Position numbers and translations under genes: made by a program | DNA from: an uncultured bacterium | GTDB lineage: Bacteria; CSSED10-310; CAZUFC01 | DNA: 64,000 nucleotides | Assembly: GCA_964619725.1 (NCBI GenBank) | Contig: CAZUFC010000023.1 | Span: forward strand, 1 to 64,000 | Reading direction: 5' to 3' | Shown: positions 18,664 through 28,400 of the stretch, piece by piece | Layout: the number at the start of each line of letters is the position of its first letter | How positions within the stretch are numbered: position 1 is the first letter of the stretch | The notes under the pieces: generated by a model | Database searches by the model: none | Seen by the model: only the letters and a program-made list of their open reading frames with translations | What the model was told of the DNA's origin: nothing

Positions 18664-19587
18664 ATGTCGGATCAGAAAGGAAATGTAATGTGTACGAGGA
18701 CGAACCGCGAGAAGCTTCAAATGCGTCGATTAAAGATTTGGGGCATATCGTTGCTGTCGATAGTAGTGATATTGGGATGGCAGATCGTATTTCCCGAGCA
18801 TGGTATAATTCCAGAGCTGGTGGGATCGATGAATTCGGGGAAGATATTGGGTATATTTATGCTGGCTTTGTTGTGCGAGTATATTGATTCAAGTTTGGGA
18901 ATGGGATACGGGACGACGTTGACGCCATTGTTGCTTCTGGCCGGATTCGAGCCGCTGCAGATAGTTCCGGCGATATTGCTGAGCGAGTGCATAACGGGAA
19001 TAACGGCGGGTTTGATGCATCACCATGACGGGAATGTAGATTTTTTACGTGACCGGAAAGCGCAGCAGACGGCGTTGCTTCTGGGCGCGTTGAGCGCTGT
19101 GGGTTCGATAACGGCAGTAACGCTGGCGATAAGGATATCGGGATTCTGGTTGAAGGCGATCATCGGGACGATCATATTATCGGTGGGAATACTAATACTG
19201 GCGACTTTACGGAAACGATTGTCGTATAAGCGAGGTCATATCATCGGATTAGGGGCGCTGGCGGCTTTCAACAAGGGAATAAGCGGCGGCGGGTACGGGC
19301 CTTTGGTAACGGGCGGCCAGATCGTTTCAGGGTTATCGCCGAAGAACGCCATAGCGATCACCTCAATAGCGGAAGGGGTAACCTGTTTCATCGGGTTAAT
19401 TGCGTATTTAATAACGACGGGCGCTCCCGACTGGGCGTTAGCTGTGCCTTTGACGACCGGCGCGCTTATGTCCGTGCCGATGGCTACGTTGACGGTCAGG
19501 AAGTTTCCCGAAAAAGCCATACGATGCAGCATAGGGGCGCTGACCTGCCTTTTGGGGATATTGACATTCGTTAAGTTGTTTGTTTGA
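18664..19587 (+). CDS. Sulfite exporter TauE/SafE family membrane protein
   Basis: DSSLGMGYG...TP.LLL, GISGGGYGP, ~9 TM helices; AGGAGG RBS before ATG 18664. Confidence 0.88.
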   Translation: MSDQKGNVMCTRTNREKLQMRRLKIWGISLLSIVVILGWQIVFPEHGIIPELVGSMNSGKILGIFMLALLCEYIDSSLGMGYGTTLTPLLLLAGFEPLQIVPAILLSECITGITAGLMHHHDGNVDFLRDRKAQQTALLLGALSAVGSITAVTLAIRISGFWLKAIIGTIILSVGILILATLRKRLSYKRGHIIGLGALAAFNKGISGGGYGPLVTGGQIVSGLSPKNAIAITSIAEGVTCFIGLIAYLITTGAPDWALAVPLTTGALMSVPMATLTVRKFPEKAIRCSIGALTCLLGILTFVKLFV

Positions 19588-19615
19588 GGGAAAAAATTTG
19601 AAGGGTTAAAGAAAT

Positions 19616-19695
19616 AAAAGGACAAAAGGACGAAAAGGACTAAAAGGACCAAAAGGACTAAAGGGACCAAAAGGAATCAAGGGAGATGAGGGACT
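19616..19695 (+). repeat. 9-bp tandem repeat (AAAAGGACN) of about 9 copies
   Basis: AAAAGGAC AAAAGGACG AAAAGGACT AAAAGGACC AAAAGGACT AAAGGGACC, then degenerating. Confidence 0.8.
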
Positions 19696-19865
19696 TTCGG
19701 GGTACAATTCTGGTTGATGTATCGCCGGGGAAAGAGCCGGCCCGGCGGCGACAAGGGAAGTCCGCCGGGCCTGCTTTATCTGATGAGTTGATTGAGTAAG
19801 GATTGCGCCTGTTATGGAACAGGCGCTTCCTCACAGTTTGATCGCGTTATTGCGTTTTTTTTGAA

Positions 19866-22616
19866 TCAATACCCATAAGCGAACTCGCGGCTGCAGAGGT
19901 CGCAGATGAAATCGAAGGTACCGGGATAGAAGACGGCAGCGTGGAAGTACAGGCCGTCGGCTTCGCCGGAATTTTGCGGCCATACGAACTGCAGAATGGG
20001 AGTGAGGTGTTCTCCTTCGTGGAATGTCCAGTCGGGCATAAAGTCCAGGTCTTGCGTCCAGGAGGGAAAGAAGAAATAAAGGCCGTATACGTCCAGCAGG
20101 ATATAGAGGTCAGCGGGGATAGCTGATGTGCTGTTGAATGAGATGAGGTAGAGGGAGAAGAATTCTCCTGGTCTGTAGTATGTTTGGGAAGTGTGGACAG
20201 TAATGTACCTGTCAGGTTCGGGAGTGGCAGTGGGTTGGACGGTGGGAGTGGGAGTGGCGACGGGGAACCTGTGGAAACCCATATCGACGATGCCTGCGTC
20301 TATCTGGTGATCCGTTCTGGTGGTCATGTTGTCCATGCCGAAGTTGACGGATTGTCCGCTGCCGGTGTTCCAGCAGGGACTGTTATCATCCTGGCCTGCG
20401 GCGATCTGGCTGAGATAGTAGTTTCCGCTGGGGCCGCGAATGAACATCGGGTCATCGGAAAAGGAGCCTTCGCCCATTTGAGCGGTCCCGCCGACATCGC
20501 CGTCGGGATTGTTCCAGAAAGCGTTATATTCGATTTCAAGAGCTTCCGTGCCGTAGGCGAAAACGCCTTCTCCGGCAACGCAGTTCGTAATGATATTGTT
20601 GATTATTTCCGATTCGGGAGAGTCGAGACAGTATATGGCAGCGCCCGACTCGACAGCTTCATTTTCGTCGAATGTATTGTTGCAGATATAAGGCCTGCTG
20701 TAGGTGGCTGAAATGCCTCCGCCGTTGTGGCCTGTGTTGGATATGATGAGATTGTTGGTTATCTCCGGTTCTGCACCGTTGCGACAGTATATTCCGCCGC
20801 CGTCCGTATCGGACGAATTGTTCATGATGGTGCAGTTGGTGATGACGGGAGAGGAATCGTCGCAAAGGATTCCCGCGCCGAAATTGCCTTCATTGTTGAT
20901 TATTCTGCAATGACTAATTCTGGCTTGAGCGTCGTTTTTACAGGTGATTCCTCCGCCGAACCATATCGGATCGCCTTCTCCGTGCCCGTTTCTGATGGTG
21001 AAACCTTCAATCATAGTGGCGCTGGTTTCATAGAATCGCAGAGAAACGGTCGTATTGGAGCCGTTGCCGTCTATAATAGTGTTCATTGGTCCTTCAATGC
21101 TCCTCAGGATAATGGCCTTGCCGAGAAAATTGATGTTTTCCACGTATGTTCCGGGAGAGACCAGGATGGTGTCCCGGCTTTTTGAGGCATTAATGGCTTC
21201 CTGAATGGTTTCGAAATCCTGAGGGACTCGCCAGATATGGGGCGTCGGAGTCATTGTGACGGTGAAAGTGCCCGTAGGCGTGGGAGTCAGAGTTGCGGTA
21301 GGGGTGGAGGACGGCGTTCGAGTCGGCGTCCGTGTCGGCGTAAATGTGGGGACATTTCCCGGAATGTAATGCATGCCCATATCCACCGTTCCCGTATCTT
21401 GAATCTGGTCCAGCCGGCAAGTCCAATCGCTCAAGCAAAGCGATTCGCCCGTGAACAGAAAACAAACAGCGGTCGCGAAATCATGACCGGCATTGATGCA
21501 GGGGCTGGTTTCGGATTGTCCCGCTTCCTGATGCGACAGATAAAGCCGTCCGCCGCTGAAAACATACAGCGGATTCAGGGATATGTCGTTGGCTCCCGGA
21601 GTCGCTGACCCGCCGTAATTACCGTCATGGTTCTGCCAGAGGTTATTGTAATCCGCATCAGGACTGCAGTTTGCCGTTACATATATTCCTTCGCCGTCGG
21701 TCGAATTGGTTATAATGTTGCTCTTTATCGTCGGCGATGAGTTGTCCATGCAGTAAAAAGCCCCGCCGAAAAGCGAAGCCCAGTTCATGTTGAACGTGTT
21801 ATTGATAAATTCCGGCGAGGATTGCTGCATGAATACTGCTCCACCGTATCTTGCGTCATTGTCGGTAAAAAGGTTGGAAATGAAAACAGGCGATGAATTG
21901 AGCATGCAATAAACAGCGCCGCCGTCGAATTCAGCGGAATTGTTGTTGAAAAGATTCTGAATGAAAGTGGGAGAAGAGTCTTCACAGAAAACTGCGCCGC
22001 CTTTTACTCCGTTGTTATACAAAAACTTGCAGTTTTCGATCACTGGTGAAGAACCGTCTTTGCATGTTATTGCTCCCCCCGCATACTCCGGACCTCCGCT
22101 GCCGGCTCCCGCCTTCAGGGTGAATCCGCACAAAAATGCGTCAGAAGTTTCTCCAGAAACGAAGGATGCGACGCAACCATTATTCGTACCGTGTATCAAA
22201 GTCGAATCGCTCCCCGATTCGCTCTCCACCGTAATGCCCTTTCCCAGGTAATCGATGTGCTCGTAATACGTGCCCGGAGCGACTAAGACGATGTTGCCCG
22301 CTACCGCTATGTTGATGGCATCCTGGATGCTGGGCTGGTCCGCAGGCACCCGGATTATGTTGGAATGCCACGTCGGCGTCGGAGTCGGCGATGCCGTCGG
22401 AGTCCTCGTTGCCGTGGGAGTACGCGTGGGAGTTAATGTCGGAGTTTCCGTAGGCGCATATGTTGGAGACTGAAGCAGCGAGGCTTGATCGATGCGGCTT
22501 GTCGATGTAATTACATCGGGATGAACATATGCCGCATAGGCAGGAAAATTGAGCAGAGTCAAAAAAAACGACGATAGAAACAACAGCAATCCTTGATTTA
22601 TCAGGAACTTCTTCAT
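19866..22616 (-). CDS. Secreted protein with two right-handed beta-helix (pectin-lyase-like, GGAI repeat) domains, PT linkers and the recurrent C-terminal domain
   Basis: Signal peptide; duplicated VP...IQ.AI...D.ILV.PGTY.E.I..LGK.I; GGA[IV]xC...SP repeats; GAGGAGG RBS. Confidence 0.85.
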   Translation of the reverse strand: MKKFLINQGLLLFLSSFFLTLLNFPAYAAYVHPDVITSTSRIDQASLLQSPTYAPTETPTLTPTRTPTATRTPTASPTPTPTWHSNIIRVPADQPSIQDAINIAVAGNIVLVAPGTYYEHIDYLGKGITVESESGSDSTLIHGTNNGCVASFVSGETSDAFLCGFTLKAGAGSGGPEYAGGAITCKDGSSPVIENCKFLYNNGVKGGAVFCEDSSPTFIQNLFNNNSAEFDGGAVYCMLNSSPVFISNLFTDNDARYGGAVFMQQSSPEFINNTFNMNWASLFGGAFYCMDNSSPTIKSNIITNSTDGEGIYVTANCSPDADYNNLWQNHDGNYGGSATPGANDISLNPLYVFSGGRLYLSHQEAGQSETSPCINAGHDFATAVCFLFTGESLCLSDWTCRLDQIQDTGTVDMGMHYIPGNVPTFTPTRTPTRTPSSTPTATLTPTPTGTFTVTMTPTPHIWRVPQDFETIQEAINASKSRDTILVSPGTYVENINFLGKAIILRSIEGPMNTIIDGNGSNTTVSLRFYETSATMIEGFTIRNGHGEGDPIWFGGGITCKNDAQARISHCRIINNEGNFGAGILCDDSSPVITNCTIMNNSSDTDGGGIYCRNGAEPEITNNLIISNTGHNGGGISATYSRPYICNNTFDENEAVESGAAIYCLDSPESEIINNIITNCVAGEGVFAYGTEALEIEYNAFWNNPDGDVGGTAQMGEGSFSDDPMFIRGPSGNYYLSQIAAGQDDNSPCWNTGSGQSVNFGMDNMTTRTDHQIDAGIVDMGFHRFPVATPTPTVQPTATPEPDRYITVHTSQTYYRPGEFFSLYLISFNSTSAIPADLYILLDVYGLYFFFPSWTQDLDFMPDWTFHEGEHLTPILQFVWPQNSGEADGLYFHAAVFYPGTFDFICDLCSREFAYGY

Positions 22617-22832
22617 CTCAACCTCCTCGTTAGAGTTGAAGTTCTATTTTTAAATCCGCAAGAGGAGAGGCAAGAAGTATGCCTGAATTAAAAATTAAAG
22701 CTTCAAAAGATGAAAACGCTGAAAAGACAAGCCCGGAAAGTGAAAAACCGCTGGTTGATGCGTATGAATCCGCGGCAGGTCAGGCGCAGCCGCGCGCGTC
22801 TTTTGGGGTACAGGCGGGCATTATGCTGCCTG

Positions 22833-25145
22833 TCAGGGAATTTCCGGCGGTTGGTCCTGTCCGGATAATGAGTCTGATGAAAGACCCTCTTCAGTCTCTT
22901 CCGATTCTTTCATCAGACGCTCGCATTCTTCGATATAATCCGATGCTTCCTCATCAGGGCCATGCCTTTCCAGGTAAAGCTCGAAATATTTTTTGGCTTC
23001 TTCATATTTGAAATTGCGAAAATAAGCTTCAGCGAGCGATTTAACGAGCTGATTATTGTCCGGGTCCTGCTGCATTCTCAGGTGAAGGGAAGCGAGGTGC
23101 ATTCCCGATTGAGCCACCTGTCTTGTTGAAGGATCGAGTTCTTCTGCTTTTTGGAATTCTTTGATCGCCTGTCTGTATCTTTCGGTTTCCAGATAATTGA
23201 CTCCCAGGTTCAGATGTCCCCATCCGAAATTGGGGGCATCAAGCAGAGCCTGTTTTAACTGTTTAATGGCTTTATTGTATTCGCCCTGTTTCCAGAGCAG
23301 CACGGCCAGGCTGTTTCTGGCGTGGTAGAAGTGAGGGTCCAGCCGAATGGTTTTTTTAAACAGTTCTTTTGCTTTTTCCGGTTGCCCCCTGGCTTCGTAA
23401 AGCGTTCCCAGGTGATTAATGGCGTGAGGAAAAGAGGGATTCAATTCGAGCGCTTTCCTGCATTTTTCTTCGGACGCATCCAGGTCGCCTGCATTTTTAA
23501 GAGCCACACTAAGATTATAATAAATGACCGGATCGTTCGGCGACAGCGCCCGCGCTTTTTCATGCTCCTTGATGGCTTCCTGATACTGGCCCATGGTATT
23601 GTAGAGGTTGCCGAGGTTGGAGCTGGCTTTTTCGAATTGAGGTTTTATTTCGAGCGCTTTTTTGTAATGCTCATAGGAGCTCTGAATATCGCCGAGTTTT
23701 TCATAAACGACTCCCAGATTGTAGTAAGCGTCAGCATAATCTTCCCGAAGCGTCACAGCTTTTTTGAGTACCTTGAGAGCGGAAGCGGGATCGCCGCTTT
23801 CGTTCAGGATGGAGCCGAGGTTCAGATGCGCTCTGGGAGCTTTGGGCGAATCTTTGACGGTGATGGACCACAGGGAGTAGGCATCCATCCAGTCTTCGTT
23901 TCTGGAAACCGTTCTCATGCAGAAAGCGCCGATAAAAATGATAAAAACAGCGGCAGCGGGAATTCTTATTTTTTTCCAGGATAGTTCCTTTTCGCTGCCG
24001 GTTATCAGGATATGTCGGAATCCTTCTGCGACTGCGACGAACAATCCGATGACGGGGAGATAGAGGTAACGTTCGGCAATAGGATTAGCGATAGGCATGA
24101 TATTGCTGACGGGCGAAAGCCCTGCAAAGAACCACAGGATTCCCGGTCCGTAGTAATTCCTGTTTTTAAATCCCCGATAGATCAGATAAAACAGAATTCC
24201 CAGAATCACGAGACCGGCAAGGACCTCAACGGTCAACGGGGAAGAGGGCTTGGGAATGTCGTAGTCGGCCCTGAGCGTCAACGGAAGGATCAGAAGCAGG
24301 ATGTATTTGCCCATAATGGCGACAGTGGAAAGTACGGCAATGTAGAAAGAATCGCCGATATAATCGTAAACCGGTCCGTCCGGGTTGCTCATGATAACGA
24401 ATCTTACGGGGAGATAAAGAATCAGGGCCGCTAAGGCGGGAATCAGGGCTGCAGGAATACGATAACCGGGTGAATCGGGCGAATGTTTTTTGCGGGTCTG
24501 ATATTGCATGACGGAGGCCAGAAAAAACAAAACCGGAAAAAGCATGCCGCTTTCCTTGGACAGCATGGCCAGGAATCCGAAAAGGCCCGTCAAACCATAT
24601 AATAATACCTTTTTATTCATCGACTGATCCTTGTGAACTGCCGTTCCCGTCATAATGCCGAGGATGCAGAAAAGGGAGACGAGCATATCTTCACGGAAAG
24701 CGATGGCATTGACCGCTTCGCCCAGCGCCGGATGAACCGTAAGCAGCATGGCAGCGGGAAAGGCTATCAATTCCGAGCGAGTGATGCTTCTGAAGCACAG
24801 AAAAACAGCAATGCTGCACAACAGATGGAGAAATAGATTGGTGAAATGATATCCCATGGGGTCCAGTTCCCAGATCAGGTAATCGATAAGAAAGGTAAGG
24901 GTAACGACAGGCCGGTATGTATATTCACCTGTTACGAGAAAATAACGATGATCGAACAGCACGGAAACGTCACGGTCGTTTTGAATCCAGGCGTTCTGCG
25001 ATACAACGTCCTTATCGTCATACACGAATTTGTTGTTCAGGCTGTTGATGTAGCAGACGAAACCGAAAGCAATTATCAGTATAATCAATAATGAAGTGTA
25101 GCGTTTCGGTTCAGGCTGTTTACCGTCCTTATTTTTTTTCTTCAT
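22833..25145 (-). CDS. TMTC-like GT-C membrane glycosyltransferase with C-terminal TPR array
   Basis: FVYDD, YRPV, YHFTNLFLH, HP...EAV..I..R, LSKE, LRADY, AERYLYLP, RN.DW....LW, then about 8 TPRs. Confidence 0.85.
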   Translation of the reverse strand: MKKKNKDGKQPEPKRYTSLLIILIIAFGFVCYINSLNNKFVYDDKDVVSQNAWIQNDRDVSVLFDHRYFLVTGEYTYRPVVTLTFLIDYLIWELDPMGYHFTNLFLHLLCSIAVFLCFRSITRSELIAFPAAMLLTVHPALGEAVNAIAFREDMLVSLFCILGIMTGTAVHKDQSMNKKVLLYGLTGLFGFLAMLSKESGMLFPVLFFLASVMQYQTRKKHSPDSPGYRIPAALIPALAALILYLPVRFVIMSNPDGPVYDYIGDSFYIAVLSTVAIMGKYILLLILPLTLRADYDIPKPSSPLTVEVLAGLVILGILFYLIYRGFKNRNYYGPGILWFFAGLSPVSNIMPIANPIAERYLYLPVIGLFVAVAEGFRHILITGSEKELSWKKIRIPAAAVFIIFIGAFCMRTVSRNEDWMDAYSLWSITVKDSPKAPRAHLNLGSILNESGDPASALKVLKKAVTLREDYADAYYNLGVVYEKLGDIQSSYEHYKKALEIKPQFEKASSNLGNLYNTMGQYQEAIKEHEKARALSPNDPVIYYNLSVALKNAGDLDASEEKCRKALELNPSFPHAINHLGTLYEARGQPEKAKELFKKTIRLDPHFYHARNSLAVLLWKQGEYNKAIKQLKQALLDAPNFGWGHLNLGVNYLETERYRQAIKEFQKAEELDPSTRQVAQSGMHLASLHLRMQQDPDNNQLVKSLAEAYFRNFKYEEAKKYFELYLERHGPDEEASDYIEECERLMKESEETEEGLSSDSLSGQDQPPEIP

Positions 25146-25385
25146 GGTGAAATATTTCCCGGCTGCGTATCATTTAAAATGTGATGCGTCATAGATTCTG
25201 TTTGAACGCTGAAAGACTATTCGTTTAAAGGAATATCAGTTCACTAGCGGTAAAGCTTTTTATCCGAAAGACGAGAGGAACCTCCTGCGTCTTTCGGTCT
25301 TTTCATTTATACAGAAATTACCCGGAATTGGCAACTGCTCTACGGGTGATGAATGAAGGGGGCTGCGACGGACGTGAGGCGCTAC

Positions 25386-25424
25386 AAAAAAACCTGCGAA
25401 AGCGAGTGACGCTTCCGCAGGCTT
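25386..25424 (-). terminator. Rho-independent terminator after the 1595-aa repeat protein
   Basis: Minus strand GCCTGCGGAAGCG-tcact-CGCTTTCGCAGGT followed by a T run. Confidence 0.7.
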
Positions 25425-25481
25425 TATTGAAGGCCGTGATCCGCTATGATTAAGAATTAATAAAGGATCACGGGAATAAGC

Positions 25482-28400
25482 TTATAATTTTCGCCGGCGC
25501 CTGTAGAGCAGGGCCGAGATGGTCGTCAGGGCGAAAAAGAGACCGAATGTGCCTGCAGCGGGCACTTGTTCGGGACAAGGGTGCACGAAAAGCGCGTCGT
25601 CCACGTAGACGTCGCCAGCCGTAAAATCGCCTTGATCGTAACATCTGAATTGGGCCTGAGCGAATACGGCGCCGTCCGGAGCTTCAACCCGTCCGGTGGT
25701 TAAAAACTGCCAGTCATCGATTTCTTCACTGTAGTCGGAATAACTGTTTTGAATGTAGTTGTGGTCTCCGTCTTCCCATCTGATGGTAAGGCGGACATCG
25801 CCGTCTTCGTCATTGTCGTAGGCGTAGGCCGAGAATTCATATTCGATTCCGGGGGTGACGTTGATGATGCCGTATTGCTCCATACGCACCGTACTGGTTG
25901 TTTCCCAGTGCAGATGAGCGCTGTAGGAGCCCCCATGTACGATGGTATCTTCCTGAGCGGCCGTAATGCTGCCGTAGAGTTCCCAGTCGTCCGGAGGTCC
26001 CGTCGGTGAAGACCAGGATTCCATGTCGCCGTTGAGGATGAGTTGGGTATCGCAACCGAGCGGGAAGGAGAAGGAGTAGGGTGAGCTTTGGGCATCGGCT
26101 TCGGTCTGTGTTATGGTGTTGTCTGCATAAATGTAAGTCGTTGTGTTGCCGGTATTTTCAACTTTGATGTAGTATTCGACGGTGTCGCCCAGGTCTGCTC
26201 CGATACCATCGGCATCGATTTTCGTACCCCAGTAGTCGTTGTTCATGTAATTGCATTCCCATCCTTCGGAATTGGTCGTCCAGGTCGCATCTTCAGGCAT
26301 TCTGTAATACAGCGTAACGGCTTCAGCTCCTCCGATGGGATTTGCTCCGACATGCACCCATACGTCGACGGCCGGGTCTTCCGGAGCGAACGGAAAACGC
26401 ATGGTGGTAGTGTCGTCGCAGGCTTCAGCGCTGTCCGGGATGTGCCAGGCGTTGATCAGGGGGTCTATGCACAGTTCCTCCAGGTGCAGGTCATCCACGT
26501 AGATATCACCGGCGCCGTCCCAGGGATCGCCGTATTCGTAACAGCCGATTTCAATTTCAAGCCAGACCGCGTTACTGGGCGGAACTATTTGTCCGGTGTC
26601 GAGGAGCTGCCAGGCAGCCTGATCGGAAGAATAATCGGTTCTGTCGTAATAGATGAAATTGCCTGTAGCGTCGTACCAGACCATTTTCATGGTTATATCG
26701 GTATCCGTATCGTCGTCATAGGCATATCCCGTCAACTGATAGACAACGTACTGGGTTACGGGAATGTAAACCATCTGCTGAATGCTCTTGTATCCGCCTT
26801 CGGTTTCCCAATGCAGATGACAACTTGAACCCAGGCCGCCGTGGACGATGCCGTTTTCCTGCATCGCCTGAACGTCTCCGTAGACTTCCCAATCATCCGG
26901 CGGTCCTGTGGCGCCGTGCTCGGTCCAGCTTTCAAAGGAAGGATTAAAGAGCAGTTCCTGTTCGCATTCGATGGGATACCGGAATGTGTAAGGGTCTGCC
27001 TTGGCGACCAGGTGATCGAGGGTCAGTTCATTGTCGTTGTAGATGTAGGTAGCCTCGTAATCGCCGCCGGTCTTGGTCATTTTGATGATGTATTCGACGG
27101 TATCGCCGGCGCTTGCCGTCAATCCGGTTGCCTTGTAGTAATCATTGCCGCTGTAAGTGCATTGGTAGGCGCCCGCTGCGGAGGACCAGATAGGCGCTTC
27201 GTTCACGCGGTAGATAAGGGTCATGGTTTCATCGCCTGCAGGAGGATACACTCCTGCGAATATATCGACGCCCGCAGTCGGGTTTTCAGGCAGGAAGGGG
27301 TTCCGCATGGTCGTGGAATCGTCGCACGCTTCCATGGAATAGGGGATATGCCAGCAGTTGATTTCTCCCTGCGGACATTTCTGCGTGAACGTCATATCGT
27401 CAAGATAAAGCAATCCCTTTTCCGCTTTATCGGACACGTAGCAGCGAACTCTGATCACGGCCCATACGGCGTCGGCGGGAGCTTCCGCATCGATGATGGA
27501 TAATTCCTGCCAGGCCGCCTCATCCGTGGTGTATTCAGAGAAATCGTTGGAGATGTAACTGTTGTCGCCTTCTTCCCATCGAATATTCAACCGCAGCGAA
27601 CCCGTGGGATCATTGTCGTAAACGAATCCCGACAGCGTATATTCTTCGCCCGGAGTGACGGGGCAGGCTATCATCTGTTCGAGGTAATGACCCGATTCGG
27701 TCCAGTTCAGTGCACAACTGTAAGTTCCGCCGTGCACTTCAGTGTCTTCCATGACCGCGGTCAGATCATCATCGCTGACCGTCCATCCGTCGGGCGGACC
27801 CGCCGGTACGGTCCAGGTTTCGAAATCGCCGTTTTCCAGCAGTTCGGATTCGCATTCCGGAGCATAACAGAAGCTGTAAGGATCGGCCTGGGCCGTCGGT
27901 TCGTCCAGAGTCCATCCGCTGTCTTCGTAAATGAACATTATGGTTCCGTCTTTCGCCACTTCCAGATAATATTCGATGACGTCTCCGGCCGCCGCGCCTA
28001 TTGCTGCAGGATTCATGGATGCGTACCAGTAATCGTTGTCGTTGTAATTGCATCCCCATTCTCCGGTCGCAGTCTGCCAGGCGTCATCGACCTTCCTGTA
28101 ATGAAGTATGTAACTGTCGATGGCCGTAGTCTGCGGATAGGCTCCCACATGAATATAAACGTCAACAGCGGGATTGGTCGGCCCTACGGGGTCTCGCATG
28201 TAAGTGTAATCATTGCATGCTTCCTTGTTTTTCGGATAATGCCAGGCGTTGATGGGAGCCGTCTCGGTCGGCGTAGGCGCCATTGTGGGAACCGGCGTCG
28301 GTGAAAATATGGATTCCGCCTCCTGGAAGGATATGGCGTCTGCATAAACGTCAGCCGGCGGAAATGTCGTTCCCGTTTCATCATACACACGTATCTGTAT

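Noticed and set aside
19616-19695. CRISPR array
   Set aside because: 9-bp head-to-tail units with no spacers and no cas genes.
19720-19835. Riboswitch in the tauE/beta-helix intergenic hairpins
   Set aside because: The hairpins lie between convergent 3' ends, match no aptamer consensus I recognise, and are better explained as terminators.
22679-23011. 110-aa + strand ORF
   Set aside because: Overlaps the 3' end of the TPR gene on the opposite strand and has no recognisable features.
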